In this document: in pieces, positions 53,205-64,000 of the stretch
How positions within the stretch are numbered: the first letter of the stretch is position 1
How the letters are laid out: each line of letters starts with the position of its first letter
NCBI GenBank assembly: GCA_001179505.1
Contig: CDMY01000624.1
Location: 62,001 to 126,000 of the forward strand
Source: Vitrella brassicaformis CCMP3155
Taxonomy: Eukaryota; Protista; Chromerida
Direction of reading: 5' to 3'
DNA: 64,000 bases
Notes under the pieces: generated by a model
The model's database searches: none
What the model saw: only the letters and a program-made list of their open reading frames with translations
What the model was told of the DNA's origin: nothing
Made by a program: the position numbers and the translations under genes

Positions 53205-55790
53205 GGACGGCGGAGCGTCGTAATCAGCTGCTGCTGGTGCCATGATGGACGTGTCATCCCAGGATCATGAATTACCTGCCGCCTCGGCAGACGAGAAGGT
53301 GCGGAAAGGAAAACACAATGGGACGGCGGATCTGTCATTGATCGCATCTGTTGTCGTTCGTTCGTTCATTCAGGTGCCGTTCACCGGCTTCCGCTCGATG
53401 CCCAACGAGGTGTTGTCCTACGCCGGCTCATTCTTCAGCACGACGGACGGCACCAAGCAGATCTCAGAGGTCTCCCGGCACTTCTGCACATGCGCCACCG
53501 GCGAGCCGTCGTCGAGCATCATGAAGCCCCACACCGAGCGGGCCGGCGGAGCGTCATCCCTCTACAGCCACCTGCACATCGACAAGAAGGTCTTCTGGGA
53601 CCTGCCGGCCCACGTCACGAGCCGGCTGGAGCGCACCCACCACCAGAGCATCGTGGTCAAGATGGACCCCAAGTGGCCCGTCAATGAGATGGTCATCGCC
53701 GCCATCCGCCGCTCGCCCGCCGTGCTGCAGAAGCTCGTCATCACCACACTCGACGGCATGGAGAGCGAAAAGTTCCCTGCTGACGGGCAAGTCGTTGGCA
53801 GCCCCCCTGCTGTCACGCCTCCGCCTCCCCCTGCCGACCGCATCGTGTTCCCTCACATCAAGAAGCTGCATGTGGACAGCCTGCGGCTTTGTGCGCATGG
53901 TTGCCGAGGGGTTCGAATGGTACGTAAGCCATCGACAACACACAGGGGGGGAAGGGGAGAAAGACGGACGGAACAGTGCGGGTGTTTGTATGCGTGTATG
54001 TGCAGGCCCGAGTTGATCGAGTTGCAGAGTGATCTTTTCTGCGCTTCGGACGCTGAGAACGACAGCTATGAGGATGACCGCATCACCGAGTCGTTCGTCG
54101 ACCAGCCGTTGGCCCACTTCCTAAGCACGTCCAAGAAGCTGCAGCATCTGTGCGTCTACCCACTCACACCTTGTAAGGTGACACCACAACCAGCGCCATT
54201 TATATGTCGCAATGCCTGATTGTGTGTCAGATCCCCGTCGGCTGCCGCATTCCCTTCCCCTCTTCGTGAGTCTGACGCACCTGACCTTCCTGGATTGTTC
54301 CTGCATTCACGACAACCTGTCCCATCCCGACGCACCCTTCGACGCGCTGCACCCCTTCCTGGGTGTGCTGCGACAGCTGTGGGGCCGCAAGAACGACAGC
54401 AGGAAGAAGAAGGTGAGACTGTTGTATGACTTATGCGTCAATGAGGGGCTGACGGGCCGCATGGCCAGCACTGCCGGACCTCACGGACTGAGCGGTGAGG
54501 AGAAGAACACACTGAGGTACATACCGGCACTCGTGTACCTGTGTGATGGGTGTGGTGTGTGCAGCTGTCGGATTCATCGAGCAGCTGGAGGCCATGGGCT
54601 GTGAAATCGCATACTCCTTCGACACCACGTGAGTGACGGAGACACTCCACAGCACACACAGCCCTCCATACGCCTTGGAGTGCTATGAGTGTGCCGGTCT
54701 TTCAGGGTCCAGCTGGATTGTGTGAGTGTCGAGAACAATGTCGTCGATCCGCCGCCTCTCCATCCGGTCGTCCGAAGAATGGCCGAGGGACTCGCCGCAG
54801 TGTCAGATTCCGGTGCCAAATGAGAGCCACCTGCCTGGATTGGTGTGCATAGCCCGTACGTGAGCTCTCTGTGTGTGTTTGTCGATCAGTGGAGATCATC
54901 TATGGGGGTGTCCGGCTGCCTGAGGTCAGCCACACAGCCACATGTAGTCGGGCAAGCGGCAGCCTGCTTGCAGTGGTTTGGATGTGTGTCTGTGTCGTTG
55001 ATCCATTTGTCAGCGATGGAGCTTCCCACCGCCATTCAGTGGGGCGTCGGGGCTAAGGATCTCCTTCAGCCGCAGCAAAGACGAGCTGCTGGACAGGCAT
55101 GATGACGACTTCAGCACCATCCCGGCCTTCCTCATCAATGAGCCAGAGCGCTACCCCAACGTCGAGGACCTCATTCTCGACCGCATCGGCAGATCGACGG
55201 GCGGCGACAGCGTCATTGCCGCGCCGCCCAACCCTCTCAGCCGCATCATGACGAACGCCCTACCGTCCTTGCAGCGGCTGTGGCTTTGCAACATGGGCCG
55301 ATCGACCACTGCTGAGTGCCTCTTATGCCTCAAGGTTAGTCAGCTTAGCCTCACCTGTGGCTGGATGGCCGTCAGTCAATCTCCGTGCTTTTTCGTCCGT
55401 TTGTCAGGATCGCACGGCCAAGCTGGAGGAGTTGATTGTCTCCTGGCCCCTCCTGCCTGTGGAGCTGCCCCCTTTGGTGCTCGCCCCGCCCCTCGTCCCG
55501 CCTGTCAAGCGACTGGTCCTCAAAATCTCGGCATTCCTCATGTTCCCGGCCAGCGTTAATTCGCTCTTCAGCCTGGCCCTCCTGCTCATGCCCGACACGG
55601 CCGAGATCACACTGCTGTTGGCAGATGCTGACACGGACGAGGGGGCGGCCTTGGCGCTGCTGCAGAGTGATCGGCGGTGCATGCGGTACTACGACGTGCA
55701 GCTGCCCCTCCCCGACAACCAGGGCGAGACCTCGCGGAAGTTTGTCGTCAAGATGACCAAGAAGGCCGGCGTAGACTGATGGATGGATGG
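53205..55790 (+). repeat. Right arm of the ~2.6 kb inverted duplication (partner ~21380-23975)
   Basis: See the left arm; ORF translations 23132-23935(-) and 53242-54219(+) are nearly identical over about 200 aa. Confidence 0.95.
53242..55779 (+). pseudogene. F-box/LRR-like paralog (copy 2) with an apparent 2-nt deletion frameshift near 53887
   Basis: Copy 1 reads ctgcgg-tatttc-gtgcgcatg, copy 2 reads ctgcgg-cttt-gtgcgcatg; the nearby donors I tested all give a stop in the next exon. Downstream exons are still open, so this is a recent lesion or an assembly error. Confidence 0.55.
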
Positions 55791-56409
55791 GCCAGGGATG
55801 TCCAGAGGAGACGCATAAGGTCAGAGGAGACGATAGAGTAGCCAGCCGGCCACGGCATGCGGCGACTTGTACAGATTCCGTCGCTGCATACTTTGTAGCC
55901 GACTGACTGACTTGAGACTCATGCCTGCACATGAAATGAATCCATGGACGGAATGGAGTCGGAACGGTCATCATTTCTCGCGTGCTGCACAGTGTTAAAG
56001 GCCACACTAAAGTGTCCACCCGTCTGGTCTCCCTCGCCCCTCGCCCCTCCCCTCCCTCCTGCCCCGCCCCTATCGCCAGCTATCGCATGCCATCATGCCA
56101 TGCCGTGTCTGTCATCCATGCCATCATGCCATCCATCCACGCCCACGCGTCGGTCGATTAAAGGATGAGGACACGCGCACATTCCACAGTGCTGACTGCA
56201 GAAAGGAAAGGAAAGGAAAGGAAAGCGAAAAGGACAGACAGCACAAAACGAAGTCGAGAAGAAACCTAACCCACAAAAGGCAGACAGCCAGCCAGCCAAT
56301 GTAGGCCCCCCCCGTCTCCCATCGCTAGCTATGGGTGTGGTGTGGTGTGGTGTCTCGGCTACGCCAGGACACTCCCAGCCACGCCACGCCACGCCTGTGT
56401 CTCATTCAA

Positions 56410-59400
56410 TCATTCCTCGGCACCGGCCCTCTCTGCAGGCGGCCCCTCCTGCCCACCACCAGCCCTCCCATCTCCCTCTCCGTCTATCGTGTCAGGCGCC
56501 ATGGGCACCAGAGGCATCACCACCACCACCGCCGCCCCACACGCCGGGCAGTGCTTGGCGGGCGGCACACACTCGTCGCCACTGTCGGCCAGTGCCTCGG
56601 TGAGCGCCTCGTCCGAAACCTCGCACTGGCACGGCAGACACCGCCATTCGGCCGCACACTCTCCGCTCTCGAGGAAGATGGTCTCTTTGTCTTTCTCTGT
56701 GGGTTTGTCGTGGCTGGTGCTGGTGCTGGTGTTGAGGGTCTCTGTGTGGGTCTCCGGCTGCTGCTCATGCTGCTGCTGGTGGTAGGGGGGCGGTGGGGGC
56801 TCGGCGTGTGCGGTAGTGGTCTCGGGCGCGTGCATGGCGTCCAGTCGGGAGCGGGTCTGAGTGCAGAGGGCGTTGATCTTGGTGAGCCAGGTGGCGATTT
56901 GGTTCTTGCGGACGAGCAGCCGCTGGAGGAGGATGCTCAGCTCCTCCGCACTACTCAGGCTGGCGTACTCGGCCTCACGCCTACACAACATGACACGGAG
57001 ACAGACAGACAGAGAGCGATGGATACATTTATGAGACGGTGCGTTTGGTGCCGTTGGAGGCTGGCTGACGCACCACTTAAAGTCTTCCTCAATGACCGTC
57101 CAGGTGTCGGCCTGGGCTGCCTGCAGCTGCTGCAGCTGACTCTCCAGCCTGCACACACACACACACACACACACATGGATGGATGGATGGACACGTTAGT
57201 GTTGGGGAGGCATATATATGTCACGTGTGTATGTGGGTTGGGCTTAAACATACATGGCGCATCGTTCGTGAGCCTGTTTACTGGCGCGTTTGTCCTGGTC
57301 CTGCATGGCCTGGGCCATCTGCAGGTTCTGCTCCAGCATCGCTATGTACTCGCGCTGCTGCATCATCTCGTAGTACTCACTGAAGCAAGCCGTCACTCGC
57401 ACACCCCACCCGTATTATGTCTCTTCTCTCTCCACATGTATGTCATGGGGTTCTGGCTGGCCGGAGTGTTAGAGGGAGGGCTTACAATTGCCTGTGGTTG
57501 TTAATGGGGTAGTGGCCCAGCATGCCGATGCCGCCCGAGGGCGAGAAGGACTGTGCGTAGGCGTTCATCTCGCTCCCGCCACCGCCACCACCCACACCAC
57601 CACCGCCGTGATAACCCCCGTTGCTGCTGGCATACATGCCCTGCCTGCGCGCACACACACGGACACACACACAGACACACACACACACACACACATGCAC
57701 AATATATGAGGCTTGAGTGTCTTTGTCCGTCCGTTGTGTGTGTTTGGTACGTACGCGGTGGTGCCATCGTATGTCATGCCGGCGTGACCCCCCATTGGCC
57801 CGCCGCCCCCCATGCCACCGTGGCCCTGGCCGTGGCCGTGCGCCCCGCCGTGTGCGTGTGTGTGAACGCCCTGTATGCCCGGCTGCAGACGCTGGCCGGA
57901 CACATAACCCTGCTGGTGCTGCGAAGGGCTGCACACATGGATGGATGGATGGATGGATGGACAACACACACACAGAGGGAGAGATGCGTAACGTACCTGC
58001 TAGCTACAGGTGTTGTGTCGACGTTGGGCGTGGGGTTGGGCAGCAGGCCGGGCTGTGGCGGGAGCGGCTGGGGGCTGTTTAGCATGGACAGGATCGCTTC
58101 CACTGATCCACATGCAAACACGCACAAAGAGCCGTGGGTGGGTGTGCTGGTGGCGTGAGTACCTACCTATTGGGCTGTGTTTGACGGGGATGAGGGCCTC
58201 CCGCATGTGCTTAAAGAAGGGCTCCTTGCTCGGCGCTGACCGAACCACAGACACACACAGACAGAGAGAGAGAGAGAGGCATGCACAGCTGCCCTGCATA
58301 GCATATGTGTGATTGGTGTGTGGTTGGTCGTGTATACTGCCCGTGTCGTACGTCTGGCGAGTTGGACCATGCGTTTGAGTATCGTCAGCCCCAGGAGGTT
58401 GTGCACCATCTTGCGCAAGGGCACCTGGCCAGTACTGCACACAACACACAACACACAACACACACATACGGACAGACCTGTCTGTGTGTGTGTGTGCCTG
58501 CCTGCCTGGCTTGCTGACTCACCCGTCTCCGGGCATCCCCATGGCGGCGGCGATGAGCTCCTGCCGCTGGTGCTCCTCGGCCATTTCAAATGCACGCGTC
58601 ACCACGTGGCTACACAAACACACAACACACACATACAGACACACACACATGGGCACTCAGGCAGGCAGGCAGGCAGGCTGTCAAAACAGACAGACTCACT
58701 TGCCGAATTTGTCCATACTGAGCAGGGCAAAGTGCTCGCGGACTTCATCTAGAATGATCCTGACAGGCAGGACACGCACACACACACACACACAGAGCAA
58801 ACACAGTGAGCGTATGGGTCAGTGGGCTGGGGGGTGGATGCCGTCCCTGTGTGCCTAAGTAGATGGATGACTTGACTTGTTACTTTCTGTGTTGTGGTTT
58901 GCCCCTGGCGAGGAGTATGAGCACGATGAAGTTGCCGAAGCCCGTCACGCTAAGGTTGACTATAAGACCACGAGTGCACAGCTCGTCGTACAGCGCCGCC
59001 TGACATCCATGCCATCACATCACACAGACAGACACCAATCGACGCATACAAACTAGATATGGCTTCCCCTCTCTCGGTCCTGGCTTTGTCCTCACTCACC
59101 GCCTGCACTGGTGTGGCCTTCTCGATGAACTTCTGGAGGACCTTTGAGCCAACCGGGTCAAGAGCCAATCGACGCATCTACACCCACACAACCACACACA
59201 TGCAGCCCAGGCATACACCACACCACGCAAGGGCAGCCAAACGAAGAATAGATGTGTACGTTTCCCCTGAGTGCTTGTGCGACGAGGGTCATGTCGGTTG
59301 TGTGTGAGTACTCGACGATGGCCAGCGCGACAGTGTTGGCCATGCCGGCCTTTTCCATGCACAGCTCGGCGAAGTGCGGCTTGGCCGCCTTCAGAAACAC

Positions 59401-60932
59401 GTTCAACTGCTGAGGGGGCAGCTTCTGCAGGGAGCGGAGCAGCCCACACACACACACACATCCACACGTGGATATGGTGTGGCGGTGTGTGTTTGGCTGA
59501 CTGACTTTGAGCATGCTGTCGATGACCCTGCAGCCAAACATGGACCTGGCGAGGTCGGGGAAGATCTCACTCAGCTTGGCCACCAACCGACGGTTCTGCT
59601 CCTCACGACCTGCACGGATGCGATGCCACACACACCATACTATCCGTTGACCTCATGCGAATGTGTGTGTGTGTGTGAGTGTGTGGATGTGTGGGTGGGT
59701 GGGTGGGTGGCGGCGTACATAGCTCGATGAACAGCTGGATGATCTCGTTGCCACTAACACGGCAGAAGATACACAAAAGAGACGCCATTCTCGCTCGCTC
59801 GCTCTCCTTCAGCCAAATGGTCACACGTGTGTGGAGGGGGGGGGGGGGGGGGGGGNNNNNNNNNNNNNNNNNNNNNNNNNNNNNNNNNNNNNNNNNNNNN
59901 NNNNNNNNNNNNNNNNNNNNNNNNNNNNNNNNNNNNNNNNNNNNNNNNNNNNNNNNNNNNNNNNNNNNNNNNNNNNNNNNNNNNNNNNNNNNNNNNNNNN
60001 NNNNNNNNNNNNNNNNNNNNNNNNNNNNNNNNNNNNNNNNNNNNNNNNNNNNNNNNNNNNNNNNNNNNNNNNNNNNNNNNNNNNNNNNNNNNNNNNNNNN
60101 NNNNNNNNNNNNNNNNNNNNNNNNNNNNNNNNNNNNNNNNNNNNNNNNNNNNNNNGGGGGGGGGGATTACTGTGGGTGAAGGGCCAGGTCGTTAGCCTTT
60201 GGCAGCAGCTTTTCAAAGAAATCGTAGCAAACCTGCGGATTGTCCCTCTGTATGTAAGAGCCAACCAACCACACCACCACACACCAGCCCCCACACCACA
60301 ACACACATACATCCGTCCCTTGCCCTTTGGCCCATGGAGCCAGCAATCCGGTTGTGCGTACCACAGTCTGCAGGAGGCTCCTTCCCTTCTTCTCGTCGAT
60401 GGCCCACTGGAAGAGCTCCTCCTCCCCCAGCTGCCGCCAGCCCCCACCCCTGCTGCTGGAGGGGATCAGCCGCACGGTGCCGTTGGTGTGCGATGATGGA
60501 TCGTTGTTGTATCGCTGTGGGCTGTTGGTCAGCCGGCTGCCCGGCGACTCGCGGAACAGCCGCTCGCTGAACGCTGTGGTGTCCTCAGCGCCGGCAGACC
60601 TGTGAGAGAGAGAGAGAAGGGTTCCCATCCTTGGCCATTTCATCCTTTATTATTTCTCTCCTACTTACGTGCGGTTGATGACGTTTGGTTTGGGTCGTGA
60701 AGGGGTCTCCTGGTCAGGCGCCACCCACAGGTGGGGCTCCGAGGCGCACGAGGATCTCACCGCATCGGTGGACGAACCATCTGATGGACAGATGGAGGGC
60801 AAAAAGGCCACGGGGACAACTCCACGCGCGACAGATCAGCTGCTCAGGGCGTTTCGTTCCATGGACAACTGTCGGCTTGCCTGATTTGGTGGTGTGTGGG
60901 TCCTTGGCGAAGTGCTCGTTTTCGTCGTCCAT
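56410..60932 (-). CDS. Divergent Pumilio/PUF-repeat RNA-binding protein with Gly/His/Gln-rich region, coiled coil and degenerate RING-like C-terminus
   Basis: Eight repeats with the PUF core pattern: AIDEKKGRSLLQ, LALHPHGNEIIQ, LARSMFGCRVID, LCMEKAGMANTVAL, LALDPVGSKVLQ, LSVTGFGNFIVL, LSMDKFGNHVVT, MVHNLLGLTILK. Splice phases were traced through to stop 56410. Confidence 0.8.
59856..60155. other. Assembly gap (300 N), intronic in the PUF gene
   Basis: Exactly 300 N flanked by G runs; the exons on either side join to rebuild one PUF repeat. Confidence 0.95.
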
Positions 60933-61118
60933 TGAAATCGCACCAGGGCGTTGCGATAGACTCCCAGCAACACGTACGTCAACAACTAAAGATGTGTCTA
61001 CGTTAGGGAGTGACGCGGAGAGAGATGGAGTGACGCTCTGGAGAGAGACGGGGGGCAGGCTGGGGGCCAGAAAAAAACTTGAGCGTTCCTCCCTCCCTCC
61101 CTCTGGTTCCGCAGGACA

Positions 61119-64000
61119 ATGTTTGAGGACGCTGCCTTTCCTGCAAACACTTCGGCTCTCGGGGGAGATGGGCGGTTCACCGACATCACGTGGCTTCGCC
61201 CAAAGGAGATAGATCCGAGCGCTGTGCTGTTCCCTGCTGATGACGAAATGCAGGCCGAGGATGTGACCCAGGGAACTCTCCACAAGTACAGCACTCACAG
61301 ACAGACACACAGACAGACAGACAGACAGACAGACATGTGACTGCCGGGCACTGCGTACCGCCCCTTGCACCTTTCTGTCCGCTCTTCCTTCAGCTGCTAC
61401 TTTGTGGCCGCGCTCTCTTTGCTGACGCAGGTCCCGAGGCTGCTGCGGCGGCTGATTGTCGAATACAATGAAGCCGCCGGAAGATTCGTGATGCGGCTGT
61501 TCATGGACTGTGGTAAGGGCGACGGGATGAAGGTCTGCTGCCGGGCTGCGTACATATGTCTTTCCGTTCATTGGCCATTGACACAGAGTGGCGCAAGATT
61601 GAGATTGATGACAGGTTGCCGTGTCGTGTGTCTGGTCGGGGCACTCCCACACTCGCCTTTGCGCACTCCAGGAAGGGCCATGACTTCTATGTCGCTCTCA
61701 TAGAAAAGGTCAGCAGCTGTCCTGAAGTCCACTTATTCCCCTTTTCTGCGCATGCGTGTGTGTGGTTGCTCAGGCATATGCAAAGGCATGGGGGTCATAC
61801 TCTGCCATTGAAGGCGGTGGGTATTGTTCCGATATGGCAATGATTGCCACTCAGCGCCTCGCTGTCTCCTGACATTCAGGCAACATGGGTGAAGCTCTGT
61901 TCGATCTGACAGGTGGAATGGTCGATGACGTCAACCTGGAAAGGTCACACTCCACGAGCACAACACACACGTGACACAGATGTAAGTGGCTTCCCCTTGT
62001 TCCTAAGGCTGCTCACTACCCCCTCAGATAAAGACCCACAGGCCGCCGCATTCAAACTTCTCCAAGTGAGACAGTCACACAAAGGCGCCATCCTGGCTGC
62101 AGTGCAGGCAGTCATCGGGGGACTTCTGTGTATGCGTTGGTTCAGGAGTATCAGCAGAAAGGCGCTCTCGTCAGCTGTGGTCGCTTTGAGGGTGAAGATG
62201 ACAAAAACCACAGGAGCGGCCCACAGCGGTTTGAAAGAAACGACGCCGGTATGCCACCTCTGACAAACAGCACACTGGCAGACGCCACAGTTCCCATCCC
62301 TGGCACCGGTAGGCATTGTGGTCAATCATGCGTACGGTGTGCTGGACGTGAGGATTCTCCAGACAGACAAGAAGAAACACAGGCTCGTCAGGTGCGCTTC
62401 TGCGTCTATGTTAGGGTCTGCATGGCCATCCGTCCGTTCGTCTGGACTCTTGTCCATCGAATAGGGTTCGCAACCCCTGGGAATCCCATTGCGGCGCGTG
62501 GACGGGCGAATGGGGGCAGAACAGCAAGCTCTGGAACAAAGTAAGGCGTCCTTCAGCGCACCAGTGAGTGCCTTTGGGCGGCCGAAAGGCATCTTGTGTT
62601 GCTGTGCAGGAGCGACGGAGCGCCTTGAATTATGCCAAGGAAGACGAAGGCAAGAGGGGCGACTTCTGGCTGTCGATCGAAGAGTTCATGCGGTGAGTAC
62701 ACCCCACACCACAACGGTGCCTCTCATATATGTCAGTATCCGTGGATCGTTCCACCCCCAGGCACTTCAACCGCATACACGCGTGTCACACGACGTTTCT
62801 CGACGACTCGCAGGAGCCACCTGTCCAGTCGCTGGTCATCCGAGGCGCATGGAAGGGCAAAACAGCCGGCGGATGCACGTATGACAGACAGAGACACAGA
62901 TAGATGCACACGATGTTTCTTATATGCCTCCCTGTGTGGCCACCGGTGCGTTCGCGCAGCAACTACCCATCCTTTCGCCACAACCCAATGCTGCGATTGG
63001 AGGTCTCTGAGACGCTCACCAAGCCACTGGACGTCCACATCTTGCTCACACAGCCGGACGAGCGACGACGTGTCCGTGAGGCCGGTCTGCAGCTGAGCTA
63101 TCCCCAGATCGGCCTCACCCTGATCAGACAGCACTTCCAACCCATTGAGGCCATCCCGACCGATGCCGCCGCTCTCACACCTGGTGCGCTGCACAAGAGA
63201 CACGCGTCGATAGAGACGCGGGAATTGCATCATTTGTCTCGGTCTTTCTCAGACAGGGCACAGATCGTCCATAGAACCTCTTTCTGGTCGGTCGGAAAAA
63301 CGGGAGAATTTCGTCGACATGGCCACGTGTACGTCTCCTTGCTTCTTCTCTTTCAGGAATAAGCGAGATGTGGGTGCAGCTGTGTCGCTGCTGCCGCCCG
63401 CTCTGCTGCAGAAAGAACCCTCAGACAACATACCCGTCGCCGAAAACACGTCTCCGGAGTACCGGCTGGTGCCGAGCTCTTACTTCCCAAACCAGGAGGG
63501 CGACTTCACGCTGCTCCTGCAGTGGCGGGGTGGCAGAGAGCTTCTGAATGTGGCCTGCATCAACTTCCCTTGTGTGACACAGGTCGGTCGGCAAACTGAT
63601 GGGTGGCACCGACGAGAGAGTCTGTCTGTCTGTCTGTCTGCAGGGCGTCCGCAGCTGTGTGTCGGTGAAGGGGCAGTGGAAGGGTCCGACGGCGGGAGGA
63701 CGGCCGCAGCTCAACACGTTCACGTCTGTAACCGCACAAACACATAAGTGAAAGGCCACAGACACGCACTCCCAGTGTGTGTGATCTGATGTGTGTGTGC
63801 CATGGCAAGCAGAAGGAATCCGTGTTTCTCTCTCACGACTTCAGCAAGCGAGACGCCGCTGACGATCGTCCTCACACACACTCCATCATCACAAGGCGGT
63901 GCAGCATCGAATAGGTTTCCCCCCGCTGCCGTGGTCGTCCTCAATGTCCCTGCCAAACAGGTGAGTGAGCAGATGACATGTAAGCTCGTGAATGTCTCTA
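61119..64000 (+). CDS. Calpain-family cysteine protease (CysPc plus two domain-III-like regions), 3'-truncated by the window edge
   Basis: FEDAAFP, WLRP.EI, QGTLHNCYFVAAL (Cys), IDDRLP, EKAYAK.WGSYSAIEGG, DLTGG, NHAY (His), VRNPW (Asn), GDFWLSIEEF; domain III GAWKGKTAGGCTNYPSFRHNP and a second GQWKGPTAGG..RNPCFSL. A short upstream exon near 61026 is possible. Confidence 0.93.

Overview
Intron-rich, GC-rich eukaryotic DNA whose introns and intergenic tracts are full of simple repeats (TG, CA, TCTG/ACAG, GGAT). Gene families and intron style resemble the chromerid alveolate Vitrella brassicaformis; this is an inference from memory, not a database result. By hand-splicing GT/GC-AG introns I assembled about 16 multi-exon genes. 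The recognisable ones are a PP2A B''-gamma regulatory subunit, a leishmanolysin (M8) protease with EGF and Ig-like tail, a DUF1295 membrane protein, an ankyrin/UIM-like/RING protein, an ACSF3-like adenylate-forming protein lacking its catalytic motifs, a TEY MAP kinase, a membrane-domain plus alpha/beta-hydrolase fusion, a divergent Pumilio protein and a calpain. There is also an inverted pair of paralogous F-box/LRR-like genes and several orphans. Fourteen of the 16 genes sit in head-to-head pairs. A 9.4 kb repeat-rich tract has no credible gene. Five placeholder gaps of 300 N lie next to G/C runs. No rRNA, tRNA, CRISPR array or recognisable transposase was seen. Best leads: introns with complementary AC-rich and GT-rich arms, the mitochondrial acyl-CoA-synthetase pseudoenzyme, the PUF protein with a recoded recognition surface and RING-like tail, and a 74-nt nested palindrome 4 nt upstream of a start codon. 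Gene coordinates are spans including introns; all models are manual and unverified by RNA data.
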